A stretch of DNA of 64,000 nt, from contig JAQGDQ010000007.1 in NCBI GenBank assembly GCA_030141605.1, forward strand, positions 1,103,173 through 1,167,172, given 5' to 3'. Below the pieces are notes generated by a model. It did not search any database. It was not told where the DNA came from and saw nothing but the letters and a program-made list of their open reading frames with translations. The DNA comes from Tubiluchus corallicola (lineage: Eukaryota > Animalia > Priapulida). The translations under genes and the position numbers were made by a program. Below, one piece after another: positions 25,401 through 38,430 of the stretch; the first letter of the stretch is position 1; each line of letters opens with the position of its first letter.

Positions 25401-27482
25401 TGGATCTATGTACCAATAAAAGTTTAGATTATCAATACCTGAAAAAACCTGGCCATACGTGATATCAGTATTCCACCGCATTTAGCTAATTTTTATTTAA
25501 TTGATAAAAATAAATTTATTGGCCAAGTTTAACAGGCAAAGTACCTTGTTGCATTGTCACGCTACCAGCACTGTCATATCGTGATCATGTAACTATTGTT
25601 TGCAGCTACTTCAGTCACCTTGAAGCAAACCTTGAAGACGAGACACACGGTGGCGATAGAAGTTACAGTTACACCGTTCCTAAAGAGTACGACGTCAGAG
25701 GGGAAGAAGACGATCAATTTAGACTGCCAGACAGGGCGCTATTTATCGATAGAGGTGGATTAAATTTCACAATTTATATTTCAATAGGTTCAGAAGTGTG
25801 TAATTTTGCACTATACCAAGCAGCATGTATGCAGATCATGTTAATACTTGTGGTTTCCTGGGTAAAGGGCAATGTGCATAAACAACTGCTGCTAGAACCG
25901 TGTTCTACAATTATGACAGTTTGGGCCAGTAATTTGAAGCCAAAGCAATTGTCTTGACTTACACGATTTTGTTTGCCTTGCCTTATATGACATTAGTATG
26001 TAAGATAAGGCAAGGCAAGGCATGGTAAGCTAACGTAAGATTAGGTAAGGTAAGGTAGGGTAAGGTGAGGAAAAGTAAGGTAAAGTAAGAAAGATGAGGT
26101 AAGGTAAGGTAAGGCAAAAGACGAATTCTATAAACATCTACAACGTTCGTTATTGTTGTATTTCTTTTATTGTCTTTATTGCAGAAAAATTTTCTGATAA
26201 CAAAAATGATGACGGCGATAACAACCCCATTTCAGAACAAGACCCGCCAGTTCTTCTGGAACAGTATTACGTCATCATGAAACTAGGAGATGCTCCAGTA
26301 GATTATAATGCAACGTCAATTGATGTAGAAAACCAAGACTCATTTGACGAACAACAAAGAGGACATGCGGCTGAAAGTTTTGCAGGACACGCAAGAATGA
26401 TCACAGATGAATTAAATCTAGAAGACACTTCTCGTGGTATTAGGTATAAATTTATTCCACATGAGGGAGATCCAACGTTTTCATTTATTCCATCGAGTAT
26501 TGCGAAATTGGCAAACAAAAACTTCAATCCAGCTATATCTCAAGAAACGTCATCAAGTTTCTTTATACCTATGCGTGAGACTGGACAACCTTTTGAATAT
26601 ATTCAACCACAGGCTGAAGATGGCGGAACAGATCAGTATAGTAAACTAGATGGAAGCCATTTTTTCAAAACTCTCGGAGTTCCGAGCCCAGACCACTTTC
26701 TGGTGCAGCCAAATGATGAGAGATTCAGTATCAGAAGTGAGGTGAAACTACCTTTTAGTACAGGGTTCGAAATAATACCAAATTCTAAAGTTGAGAATGT
26801 AAATAAGTTCGAAGTCATTCCAAACGAATCCTCTGCACAAAGCACCTTCCCTGATAATGAGCAGACAGATGAAAACGAAAATAAAGTGAACTTTAGCCCA
26901 AGCATAAAAAGTGAAGAAGATTCTCCACTCAGACCCGGATTTCACTTGTTACTCACTGGTCACATTAATGGCGCTTCTAGCGATACATCAGATGATGCGA
27001 CCGCAGACAACATTGACGATCGCTATTTATCTTTTGAAGGTGAGTTAGCTCACCTCGGTAATGAGGATGATGCAGACACAATTGCTCCCGTTTTCATGTA
27101 CGTTAGTGCCTACCCTTTACACAATGCCAAAGCAGAGATAATAAATGAAGAGCTTACAGAGTATGATGGTGAGCAACCTGATAAGGCTGCCAGAGCTGTT
27201 TATGTTGTTATGGTTCCCATGACTGGAGATACATTACTAAACTACTCTGAACAAGATCATAACGCTAGGTATTCAGAAGGGTTGGAAATAATTCGCCAAC
27301 CTGCTCTAATTGATGACATTCGTGAGACTGGATTTTACAATTTGGACTCTGATGAGAACGCTGCAGTCGTACCTTCTGAGGATCTCTCGAGATCCATTGC
27401 GTTTTCTGGCGATTCTATAGACGATACAACTGTTGACAATGTTGGTTCTTCTGACTCTCCTCATGGATATTATCTAAGGTAA
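22412..27482 (+). CDS. Secreted orphan protein A (~627 aa): YYDIP-family domain plus acidic C-terminal extension
   Basis: Exons 22412-22456 (MMRTAAAALLFLLLK), 23403-23654, 25061-25200, 25606-25754, 26185-27482; all GT-AG and phase-consistent. Motifs 'DYYDIPGQRTYGS' and 'LPDRALFIDRE' match genes B and C. Confidence 0.78.
26003..26115. repeat. (GTAAG)n/(GCAAG)n pentanucleotide repeat
   Basis: ggtaaggtaagg runs in the last intron of gene A. Confidence 0.85.
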
Positions 27483-28659
27483 GACACAGCGCACACACAA
27501 CAAAATGTCTTCAAACATCAAAAATCACATTCAAGCAACATTTGAAGCACGCTAGTACAAGCTAGAGATCTGACGATTATAGAAGTGGAAACTTATTTGT
27601 ACCCGGCTTTACTTTAGCTAGGAGTTATCAGACACCAACGGCAGCTTTAGGTGGAATGTGCGTTTTTTGTTCACTCAGTCATTATCGCAACAAATATTAG
27701 CATTAAAAATACTCCCTTTCTGTCTGAAAAATAGATATTTAGGGAAACGTTACTGGAGGACTTTAATAAAAGATACCGACAATGATGTGAGTGAAGCAAC
27801 TCTGAAAAATTTATACAAGCAATGTACTTTTTTCTTATTGCTTTTCTTTTCATTAAATACAAGATGAAAAACAAAGCCAGGAAGTCTTTGCTTTCTGATT
27901 GTAGCTATGTAGACAGGACTTAAGACGAAAGCGTTGTTAAATTTTTTATTCGTTGTTTCAGGGAGGAAAATTATGATGGCTATGTTGATGATGAGAACAA
28001 TTTCTACTCTTCTACTGATGATATACCTAACAATACGCCTGTGGCGCAATTTCAATATAATCGGCAGGGAGTGTTTGTCAGGCTTCCTACTAATGTTGAA
28101 TAATATGAACATTATTATAAAATTAATTATGAAATTTTAAAAATAAATCATGTTATATATGATTTTGTATCAATTCGCAGACATGTCGAGCTGCACTGCA
28201 AAACGAGCTTCTAGACTGATGTTAGACTGACGAAAAATGTTAAATTACTTTTCACAATAATATTAATTTTTATTGTAACTGACATACGTCTTACATAAAC
28301 CAAGCAAAAATCAAGAAATAAATTTGCTTTAAACAATAACCTAAAGAACTCAATGTCCTTCTATTCTATGTTTACCAGTTTGATGACATTGTGTTTTGAA
28401 CAAATAAACTAATATGCTGACTAAAAACCGTTGTCTTGTTGCAATTCACTTTTTTATATTTTGTCTTTATTATCTGATCTGCTGTCTCTTATCTTTTTGT
28501 TATTGTCTTTGCCAGGACTACCTTGCCTTGCTAACGTCGTCCTTATTATTTTGACTTTTCTATCTAATGATTTTTCTAATTTACGATTTTTTTATTTTCG
28601 CTATCATTTTTCTTTTACTTTTTAGCACTGCAAAAATCTACTTGAGAAATGCATATCCA

Positions 28660-30380
28660 CTGACAGCCTAATGGAGATCACTTGTTTGTCACTCTTAAGT
28701 TTTTTAATTGGAGGCGTTTGTAGAGGCGTCCCCAAAAGAAACTTTGATCTACCTTACTGGAGGATCTTTAGTCCTTACTGAATAAAGATCAATGGCTCTT
28801 GAATAATAAATTTAATCATGGAGATAACGTATTTGTAATTCTTAAGTTTTTGAATTAGAGCTGTTTGTAAAGGGCGCCCCTAAAAGTACCCCCAAATCAA
28901 TGTAAATAACATTTTGAGCTCATCAATGGCTCCTAAATAATGAATTTTGTAAAGGAAATCAGTCATAAGCTTTTTAAATTGGAGAAAGCCATTTGTGGAA
29001 GGCACTCCTAAAAAATTCCACCCCATTAATCAATTTAAATCACATTTTAGCATATCAATGAAACTTTGCGAAAACATTTTTTACTTCTTATGAATAAAGA
29101 TCAGTGGCTCTTAAATAACGAATTTGATCATGAAAATCACTCATCAGTTATTCTTAAGTTTTTAAATCAGAGCCGTTTGTAAAGGGCGCCCCTAAAAGTA
29201 CCCCCCAATTCAATGTAAATTACATTTTGAGCTCATCAATGAAACTTTGCAAAAATGTTCTTCACTCCTTACTGAATAAACATCAATGGCGCATAAACAA
29301 TAAACATTACATATATGTATTTATAATTAATTCGTAAGTCTTCAAATTATGCTTTTTTGTAGAGGGCGCCCCTAAAAAGTCTCAATATCAATTTAAATCA
29401 GTCTTTCAGAATATCTGTCAAATTTTGCAAAAGTTTTCTTTGCACCTTACTGTGTAAAAAGGACATCCAGATGGTCAACTTTTCAATTTATCCAGATTGC
29501 GGGCGTTTACAAAATTCACAATCAACAGCAATTAGAGAACTGATGGTACTGTCATCGTTGCTAATACACAGAGAGCTTTTCAAAACCTACTCGACTGCTT
29601 TTCGCTTTGACAGCAAAAGAATTTGATATCACTGTTGATTCTAAGCAAACAGTTAACAATGTGTCACTCAGACTCACCTACTCAAAGTATTTTCCAGGTT
29701 AATGTAGTAGATATACCCATTGTTGATAATTTCTGCTATCTTGACAATACTATAATATCATCTCTATCTGTGGGACTAAGTGCCAGATACGGAAATTCTT
29801 GAAAAGTTAAACATGGGTGATTTATTCATACAGCTGCACAGGAGGCAACTGGAAAAATCTTGTAGTCTATGAATAATCGTAACTATATATTTAAAAATGT
29901 CATCTGTTACGGTACATTTAGGTTAAAAAATTTTTATTTACTTTAAGGGCATCAAATTCATTATTAGAACTACTAATCTTTATCCAATAAGGTGTAAAGA
30001 ACACATTTTCCTAAAGTTTCATTGATTGCCTCAGAATATGATTTAAATTGATTTTTGGGTATCTTAATTAAGGGCAATACTTAACCTTTAAAAAATGCAC
30101 CAATTTGAAAATAAATTATAAATTTAGCCTTCACTGGTTGTCTGAAGTGTCGTATAAATTTATATGGGAGCTATTTTAGGGGCGCCCCTCAAAATGTTAT
30201 TTAAATGGAATTAAAGGTACTTTGGGGACGCCGTTTACAGACGGCTCCAATTTCAAAAGCTAAGAGTGACAAATTACGTGATGTCCATGACAAAAAATTA
30301 TGAAAGAGAGGCTGATTTTTATTCAGCATGGTGTAAAGAACATTATTGTGAAGTTTACTAATGTTCTGAAAGCGTGATTT
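28660..30380. mobile_element. Foldback-like element with arms of ~130-185-bp tandem units and a LINE RT scrap in the centre
   Basis: About five direct copies of the 'gggcgcccctaaaagtacccc..cttactgaataaagatcaatggctc' unit at 28.7-29.45 kb; reverse-complement copies at 29.93-30.38 kb (ttaggggcgccc at ~30177); central 'IPIVDNFCYLDNTI' near 29710-29750. Confidence 0.6.
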
Positions 30381-31559
30381 CAGCTATCACCAATAGACTA
30401 TCAATGGATTCCAGTACTCAAATGGTTTGTACGCGAGATGTAATATAAACCTGCGTCAGGTCCCGCAGATACGCTTTTCCTTGTGATTATATTGTTTAGT
30501 ATATGCAGCTGTAATCTGCATATTTTTGAAAGTTATCATTACACTTGACGTATTGTTCAGCAGAAGAAAAAGCTTTTCCTCACCGAAAATAAATTTTCGC
30601 CCGTGTTTTCTCGTGCCCGTTTCCTAGCATTTGTTACAATTAAACACGATTGATAACGAGTTCTTGAATTGCTATAAACCTATAAAACTATTCAAGACAA
30701 ATTTAATGACTTGCATGTTTCTCTAGCTTCGTTTTTGTAATGCCACCATACAAACTATTTATGGGGTGTCTCAAAGATCACTATGCACTTTGGTTTCTAA
30801 TCTTCTTTTTAATTTTTCTCCAATCTCAGCAAGTCCTTACATGTATCAAAAAGGTCCTTTGACAATTATTTTATTTATCTTTGACAAGAACCGCCGTTGC
30901 TGTTTGACGACAGTAACCTTAGAAAGTAAAGCGCAAAATCTCATCCGCCAAGAGCTCCTTCGATGACCATCTGAAGTTTAGTGGTAATTCAAGTAGCATA
31001 TGGACCAGTATTTTTTTCATTATTAGCAATGTAATTTTTCAGCAGCCCTTATTCGCTACTCATGGGGTGGGAGAGGCTTTCTCAATGTAAGGTACCGACA
31101 CTGGCTCCGTCTCCGAGGCTCTTTCGACTCATTACAGATTTGATGGATTTAACAATGCAAAATTTTTACAGGGCTACAACAGGCAAAAATAACGCATCTT
31201 CGTGAACCCGAAACAACAATTAGAAGTCATAGTACAAACATTTGAATGGTAGTACTTGCTGATGTTCGAAACTCATGTGTTAGTCATCGGCAGAAATGCT
31301 TTGACGAAAGTAGCGAAAATGGCAAACGCAATTAGTGTAGTAGTCCGTTTCGGATTCACGTCTAATTCAATTGAAAGAATTGGCAAAAAGTTTATCTGTG
31401 CCTATTTTCAAACATTTTTTTGTTGAAAGAATAGAGAAAAGAAAATATAAAGCGTCTGATAACTTCTTCTGAACACCCTGTTTTGTAAATGTATGAAATG
31501 TTAATGACCATTATCGTACTAGTATTATTATACAATTTCTTGTTAAGCATTTGTTGCAA

Positions 31560-32650
31560 ATTGTTAAACTAAGATTGAATAATGCGTTTATAAAGTCCTA
31601 CCATTTTTCGCACCCACTGCTGGTACCGTCCGAGATTCTACAAGCCGAATCCAACACTAGGATAAGGCCTTTAAAGAATTTCTGAAAAGTCATGCTTATT
31701 TAAATGTTCATTTTAATTTCCAAAATGCCATAATTATGAATGTTACAGTAAAACTCATATGCTATTACTGCAAAAAAGAGAACTATTTAGTGTTTTGTGG
31801 ACGTCAAATATTATAATCCCAACGTCATATAAACATTCAAGAAATTGAGTTGTAGGAGATCGTTTTGATAAAAGCCATGTTGCTCTTTTAACAATAAATC
31901 TTTTGTTTTTTTAAAGGTGTAGCGCACTATCAACAATATACATGTCCATTAATTTACGGCTTATACACGTGAGTGATACTTGCCTGTATTATACTGGCCA
32001 ATCTCCCTTTGTGTAAATAGGTATATCTTCAGCCAGTTTCCAAACATCAAGTATTACGCCATCTATAAATGACTTTTGAAATATAAGTAACAATGGAACA
32101 CATACATTATTCGCCATGTTTTTTAATGCCACCGGTATGCCGTCCGGATTCAGTTTTTTCTTTACATCAGTTCACTGGTTTCAGTTCACTTATCATTTTT
32201 AATTGCAGCTGACAAGAAATCAACAACTGTCAACTATGCATGCACCGGCACCTTACTTTCCACAATAGCACTCCTTTATCCTTAACAAAATGGGATTCAA
32301 AGCATTTGTCAAAAGATTGGGTTTAGGCTTAGCTTTAGCCATCTGTAATAACAGAGCCGTATCGTCTTCTAAAGGGGATACCCATTAGCACGACATCGTT
32401 TCTTTCGAACATAATTAAAGAGCTTGTTGAGATCACCTTTACACAGAACTTTATAGCGAGACTGATGACTGACGAAGTTGGGTGAATTCCTCCAGCAAGT
32501 CCTGAATTGAACCAGCCAAATCATCACCATTTTACCTCGTAGGCGTTTACAGGATTTACGATTTGGTAACCTGTCATGGAGTGCCCTAGCACACGTTAGC
32601 TTAGTAACTCATTTCCGACTGCTTGGTATGGACCTGATATATGAACCAAA
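31560..32650 (-). mobile_element. Decayed CR1-type LINE ORF2 remnant
   Basis: Minus-strand fragments 'KLFNYVRKK', 'GSVITD', 'DKCFESHFVKD', 'PDGIPVALKNMANNVCVPLLLIFQKSFIDGVILDVWKLAEDIPIYTKG'. Confidence 0.72.
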
Positions 32651-33795
32651 CTTGACGTTTCTCTATATGAAAAAATTATTGATCTACTGACTACATAATT
32701 ATGGCTTTAAATAAAGTACCTATTGGCATCACTGGTAAATAGACAAAAGTCTAGTTTGCTACAGTGTGGCAACGCAGAAAACGCAATACATGCAACAAAT
32801 TTTATTAACAAGAAAATTTTTAAAAGCGATCTGAAAAGCAGTATTACTAAAAAGAGTAATAAGAAAATCTATGCTGCCGTGCATAAAGGGCAGGAAGTAC
32901 AAAATTTTGCTTTTGAAAAAAATGCAAATAAATTTTTGCATGACGTTTGAAAGTACTAATGAAGATAAAATTTTCTACACAACATGAGCATATAATTAAC
33001 TGCTAAGTAATATTAAATAGATTCAATACAACCTACTGCCTTGGTAGATAATGATCTTTAATTTTCCTAGATAGCCAACTAGCAGTACAGCTTCTTTTAA
33101 GTTTATGATTGAGTGGAAGATAAATGTGTACGATGATAATGCTATTTAGTCTGCAACAAAGGCGAAAATTTACTGTTTTTATATTCTGTACAGCAAGTGC
33201 CTAAGTATGAAATTTCATTATAAAGGAAGTTAGATCACCATCTGTTGGTAAGAATGCATCAAAATCTCAATGCTGTTAAAATTGTAGTTACTGCGTTTTA
33301 TTTTCTGTTGGGCAGTATGCCGATCCAAACTCGTACCGGCCTCAGTTGTAAGCTGGGTAGTTCTTTTCCCTTTAGCCTTACTGAAAGGTCAAACCATGGT
33401 CTTTGACCCCCTAATCAACGCTCCTCAGCATCAAGTAATTCACCAAATTAATGTATTGTCATTTGATCAAAATTACAGCCAACGAGTGAGCTGTAATTAC
33501 GCGCTAGTTTCGGGTTTGAAAACAGTGATACCCTGTTTGTCATTCCTGCAATTGAATCCCGAAATTACCAGGTTCTGACGCTGGTTCACCTTGATCGCCC
33601 TGTTTCAGTTCATCCCACAAACTTTATCAGGTTGATCTGATGTCATCCGTGATGCCAAATAGAAAACTACTAATTAGGTCAAGCCTTGGAGAAATAGAAT
33701 AAAAGTGAAATCCGATCACTGCAGTATCACAGTTAGCTGAGGTGACAGCGGTAACAACGTTGAGTTAGAACAAAGTTAGAAAAAAGACAGGAATC

Positions 33796-35266
33796 ATGCT
33801 TGCTTTTGTTGGACTTTTTGCATTTCTATGGGTAAGTGAAATTTCTATGTCAATTTTTATTCCAGTTCAGCTAAATTTTAGGTTACTTTTAATATTACAA
33901 ATTTAGCTGCCAATTACTTATAACTTTATTTCATTTTATTAAAATGTTTGACAGTGGTTTGAAAATGTTTTGAAAAAGTTAACATCGTGACCAGAAATAA
34001 ATCTGTAAAACATGGTATTTGCTACATGAAAATAACGCAATTCAATGCATCATTGCGGTTTACAATTGACGTGTAATCCCGTGATAAAATCGTAATGCTG
34101 AAATGCCTGAACCATTTTTGCTTGTGTGTTAATTAGCTGTTACTTACTCATTTCGAAGTTTATTTATACTACTAAAAGGAAAATGTATTTGCAGATAAGC
34201 ACGTCTGCTATGTACATGCCCCCATCATACTACACGGAAATGCGGGGCAATGGTTTACCGGAAAGAGTTCTAAAACATCCGGACGCCGAGTATGCGTCCG
34301 ACACTGTACGAGCAAAACTTGCCGACGAAGACGAACGCTTCAGCCTTTTTGATCGAAACCTGTACTATGATATTCCCAAAGACCAGCGCTTCAAGTCCAA
34401 GGAGAGGGCTACAACTTACAAGGACATTGATGATGAAATTAGCCACAATACGTATCTCCGCCGTGCTAGACTGGATGATTACAATGGTCCAAATCTGAGA
34501 CAGTTTGAAAGGAGGGAACAATTCGAAAACAAACCAGCACAGCAGTTTTTCAGCGATCAGGAGAAAGGAGAACACATGACAGCTTTAACGGGACACGGAG
34601 TAGGAAGGTATAAGACGATTAGCCAGTTTCTTTGACTGACTGATTGGTTGATTGAATGAATTATTGATTGATCGAGTGATAGACTTTTTTATTTGGTTGA
34701 TTTATTACCGTATTGCGAAACAGGTTGGCCGGACCGACTGAAAGCTCCATGTCCTAAGCCCTTCTGTAGGCTTGTAAAGTATTGCACTTTCAATACGAAT
34801 TTGAAGGTCTAAACCTAAACCCAAAGAGCATCTTCAGCAGGGGGCAAAACGACTAACTTGAGGATAAATAATTGTTAGTAAAAAAAGTAACACAGTGAAA
34901 CTCAGACATTTTGACTGAAATGTAAGAAAACGGCTAAAATAAAGTAGATAGTTTGACAAGAAAATTACATTACTGATGTTTTTCAGCTACCGCAGAAACC
35001 TTGGTTATATTCTTGGACCAGAATCGGGCAAATACAACAGAGTTCTCGACTACAGATACAGACCTGGCTTCGACGAGAACGACGATGGCTCTTCCCTTCC
35101 TGGTCGGTTGTTCTTCACAAATAGAGGACGCTTCCCAACTGAGGAGGAACAAGCGGAAGCCGCCGAAATTGCTGCCAACTCTAACAGATTTGGCATCCCC
35201 AATCTTGGCAACTTGAAGAGAGTTGGGGCATTAGAGAGACGGTTGGGCTCGCCTAATATTATTTAA
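33796..35266 (+). CDS. Secreted orphan protein B (~242 aa), YYDIP family
   Basis: Exons 33796-33831 (MLAFVGLFAFLW), 34195-34607, 34987-35266. Signal peptide continues 'ISTSA'. Strong similarity to gene C (NGLPERVLKHP/NGLPTRVLEHP, LYYDIPKD, YLRRARLD/YLRKARLD). Confidence 0.85.
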
Positions 35267-35899
35267 ATGCTGTGTGATTATGAAAGACAAACCAGGGCAC
35301 GTATTTTATTGTTCAGCACTTTTCTATTCTCAGGAAAAATTCATATAGTTCCACATTTTTATTAGTAATTCGTTTTTTACAGTATGAAGAATAATTTGTA
35401 TGGTAATTTGCTTACCGTTAAGCCTTGTGTGTTATTAGAGTTTTCAGAGAATGTTTTAGTTAAAATTCTTGTTTTAAAAATGTTAGCAAACTCAATTGCC
35501 AATTTACATTCAGCAAATATCAGTGAAAACTATGCTCACTTTATTATGTAATATTATATAAGTTTATAAATAAGAGTAATTTACTTAACCAGGTAAAATC
35601 AATAAATCTAAGTACCACTTATGCTTATAAATATTGTTTTTTGTACACTCTATTACTGTAGCACCATAGCTTCTTATGCAACGCACGGAGCTTTTTTTAA
35701 AAAAATTCAAAATTTTTTGCAATACGTCATTACACCACAACACAATTTAGAGTGAATGCGTCAAGTTCACTATGCTACAAACAACTATACTAAAAATATT
35801 AATAATGATACATATACTTCTATCTGTACTAGCAGTCTAGCACAAGTGACTGTCGCTTTAAGAAATGTTTTTGTAGTATAACGAGAATTAAGAAACATG

Positions 35900-38334
35900 T
35901 TAATATCTTCTAGAATAAGTTTTCGTATATCGTTTCGCAGTTGGACGCACATCAGAAAGAGATCCATAATGGGGAAGTCCAAAAGTTATCTTTTTTGCCT
36001 GACTGGAATGCGTTTTTGTTCCACGCGCTGAACCAAAACGGCCGTAATTAGTGAAAAAGCTGCGATCCGGAAGGATCTCCCCGTCATCTTTGTCATCAAA
36101 CTCTGGTCTGCTTCTGTAATCAATCGCTCTCACGTAGCTTCCATTTTCTTCTCCGTTTTGAAAACTCAACTGCCTACGGTAACTGAAAATAAAGGTAAAA
36201 CATGTAACATAAGTTAGCAAAGCACTAAAGTTGTAAGCAGCACACGAAGGATGAACAAACAAATGCAAACAGATAAACCAACAAACAAAGAAAATGAAGT
36301 GCAAATCATGCTGAATACGCTTGACTAAATAGTACCAGCATCTATATCTCTGCTTCTACTTGGCAATGGATCAAGTTACTCAACATAATTATTAGCATAC
36401 CCAATAAAATTGTTATCATTGAGTACGGTTTGATTGTTGGTAATTAGTCAAAGTAACTGATGAGCCAGGGCCAATAAAATGACTACCTGTTGTTTAGCCG
36501 CTAAAGTAATGTAATTAACGTTTCAGCAAAACAGCAGCTTAGCGGCCGTGAAGCTGATAGTTAATCAACTGACAGTCAGTAAATAAATACGAAATGGTGA
36601 CTTACGTGGTGAACGAATACACTCAGTTGATGTGTTACCGTGCTTAAACCATAAAAAATATAGTTAACGAGCTTCAAACAGAATATAAGAAGTGTTTATG
36701 TAATGTTTGATACATTTGTTTTTACTACAAAGTGCAATGCTCATTTAAATCGGTTCGTCAAGCATATAAACTTTATGCCCAGCATACATTCTTAACAGTA
36801 AAAGGACGTATTAGTTTAGAGATTATTGGAGTCACTGTAAGCTTTCCAGAAAGACACAATGCATTCGCAAACTGCTCCCTGTAGTGGATTGTGAACAAAA
36901 TCGCCAAAACATTACAATTACAAATTTCTTCCCTAAAGAATGACAACCCATTGTAAATAGTAAACACAGTACTTACTTTCCCGTTCCACTACCGGATAAG
37001 TCAGTGATATGGTTACCAATCTCGGCATTCCCATAATATCGACTTTCTGGATTGTTCTCATAGAGGTCGCTTCTCTGGTAATGACGCCACAAGGGACCTT
37101 GATATTTGTCCAGTCTTGCTTTGCGTAGGTAGACATCTTGTCGAATGTCCTTGTCAGCATTCAGGTAAGCCATGGCTGCTTCTTTTGATCCGAATTTCTC
37201 ATCCTTGGGAATATCGTAATACAGTTTTCTTTTATAAAGGTTAAATGATTCGTCGTCATCCGCAAGCTGTCCTTGGATGATGTCTGACCGGAACTGCGCA
37301 GTGGGATGCTCCAGGACTCTAGTGGGCAGCCCGTTATCATCAAAAGCATTTGATTTTTGCTGCTGCCCACGGCTTCCAAATGTCTTATATGGTGTACTAC
37401 TGGACTTCTGGCTGGGTGATACCTGGAACTGTTTCAAATGAGTGACCCCATTGCTTGACGTCGACGTATTCCAAGCGTAAACGCCTTTGTCGTCGTGGCT
37501 ATTTCGTCGCCCGCCATAGGAATAAGCAAAGGTGACCTGAAGTCCGAAACAGCAGAGTTTAACAGAGCTTGCAGTTTGCATAATTGTTTGATTAATTGCA
37601 CACAGTTTTTTCTAGGTGTTGTAAAACACGTGAAAAATAGAAAGAACAAACAGGCAACAAACGACTCTCATCAACGAATTATAATTTCAGTGAGAAAAGA
37701 AAAACAACTGTGTAAAAATTTGTCGCATATTTACTTATTACAAATCATGAAATCAGTCTGTATTTTTTCCATATTATTGTGTAAACAATAAACGTATAAG
37801 ACATAAAAATAACTTTTTGTGTAATTCAGCACTCAGTGACAGGATGCCTATTTAATGAACGAGGTTGTGGTGTGACTGGAACCCAGCTCATTATCACGTC
37901 TAACATGAGAGACGGAACCGACAGAGGTGTCTTAGCCATGTCTGGATGCAAACATACACTCTTCCTGAAATACGTAAATAGCAGCGAACCCCAGCCCCGC
38001 GAAGTACTCCTGGAGGTCACTTTTTCTGACAATGCTTGGTGTCGCTCAACTTTTGTCTTGCAGTTATTTCCCTGACCTTAAATTGCATTAGGCACAATAA
38101 AGTAGTATATATTGGAAAAGCAATGATTAAATGCATTTACTCAATTGGTCAATTTAAAATAAAACCATTTTCACACAAGAAATACCGAACCCCATATGTG
38201 CGCTGTGCTCTAACCAACTGTAATGTTAATACTTACGAACTTTTTTACAATATACGAAAATAACTAGTTACTATACTATTGTAATTTATATGTCTACTTA
38301 CTGTAATGCAGAGGAAAAATACGAATACCTTCAT
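35900..38334 (-). CDS. Secreted orphan protein C (~291 aa), YYDIP family; inverted paralog of B
   Basis: Exons 38334-38302 (MKVFVFFLCIT), 37536-36977, 36182-35900. Same intron positions and phases as gene B. Confidence 0.85.
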
Positions 38335-38418
38335 CTTGTACTGTCGAGCAATAAGAAAACAAGACCAAGTTTGGTTATAGATTGATTAATTATGGCTGCT
38401 TGTTCTTGTACAATGTTG

Positions 38419-38430
38419 CTTATATATAAG
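38419..38430 (-). promoter_or_regulatory. TATA box of gene C
   Basis: cttatatataag about 85 bp upstream of ATG 38334. Confidence 0.5.

Noticed and set aside
27658-28140. Overlapping short ORFs downstream of gene A
   Set aside because: AT-rich 3' UTR-like sequence ending near AATAAA at ~28142; no coherent protein features.
28660-29460. Spaced repeats as a CRISPR-like array
   Set aside because: Eukaryotic context; the units are degenerate tandem repeats whose 'spacers' are also homologous; no cas genes.
30761-31481. Possible Tc1/mariner MITE (ggggtgtctcaaa ... ctgaacaccctg); similar weak candidates at 55908-56680 and 59800-60185, and a LINE 3' scrap at ~52900-53500
   Set aside because: Termini are too degenerate to call with confidence by eye.
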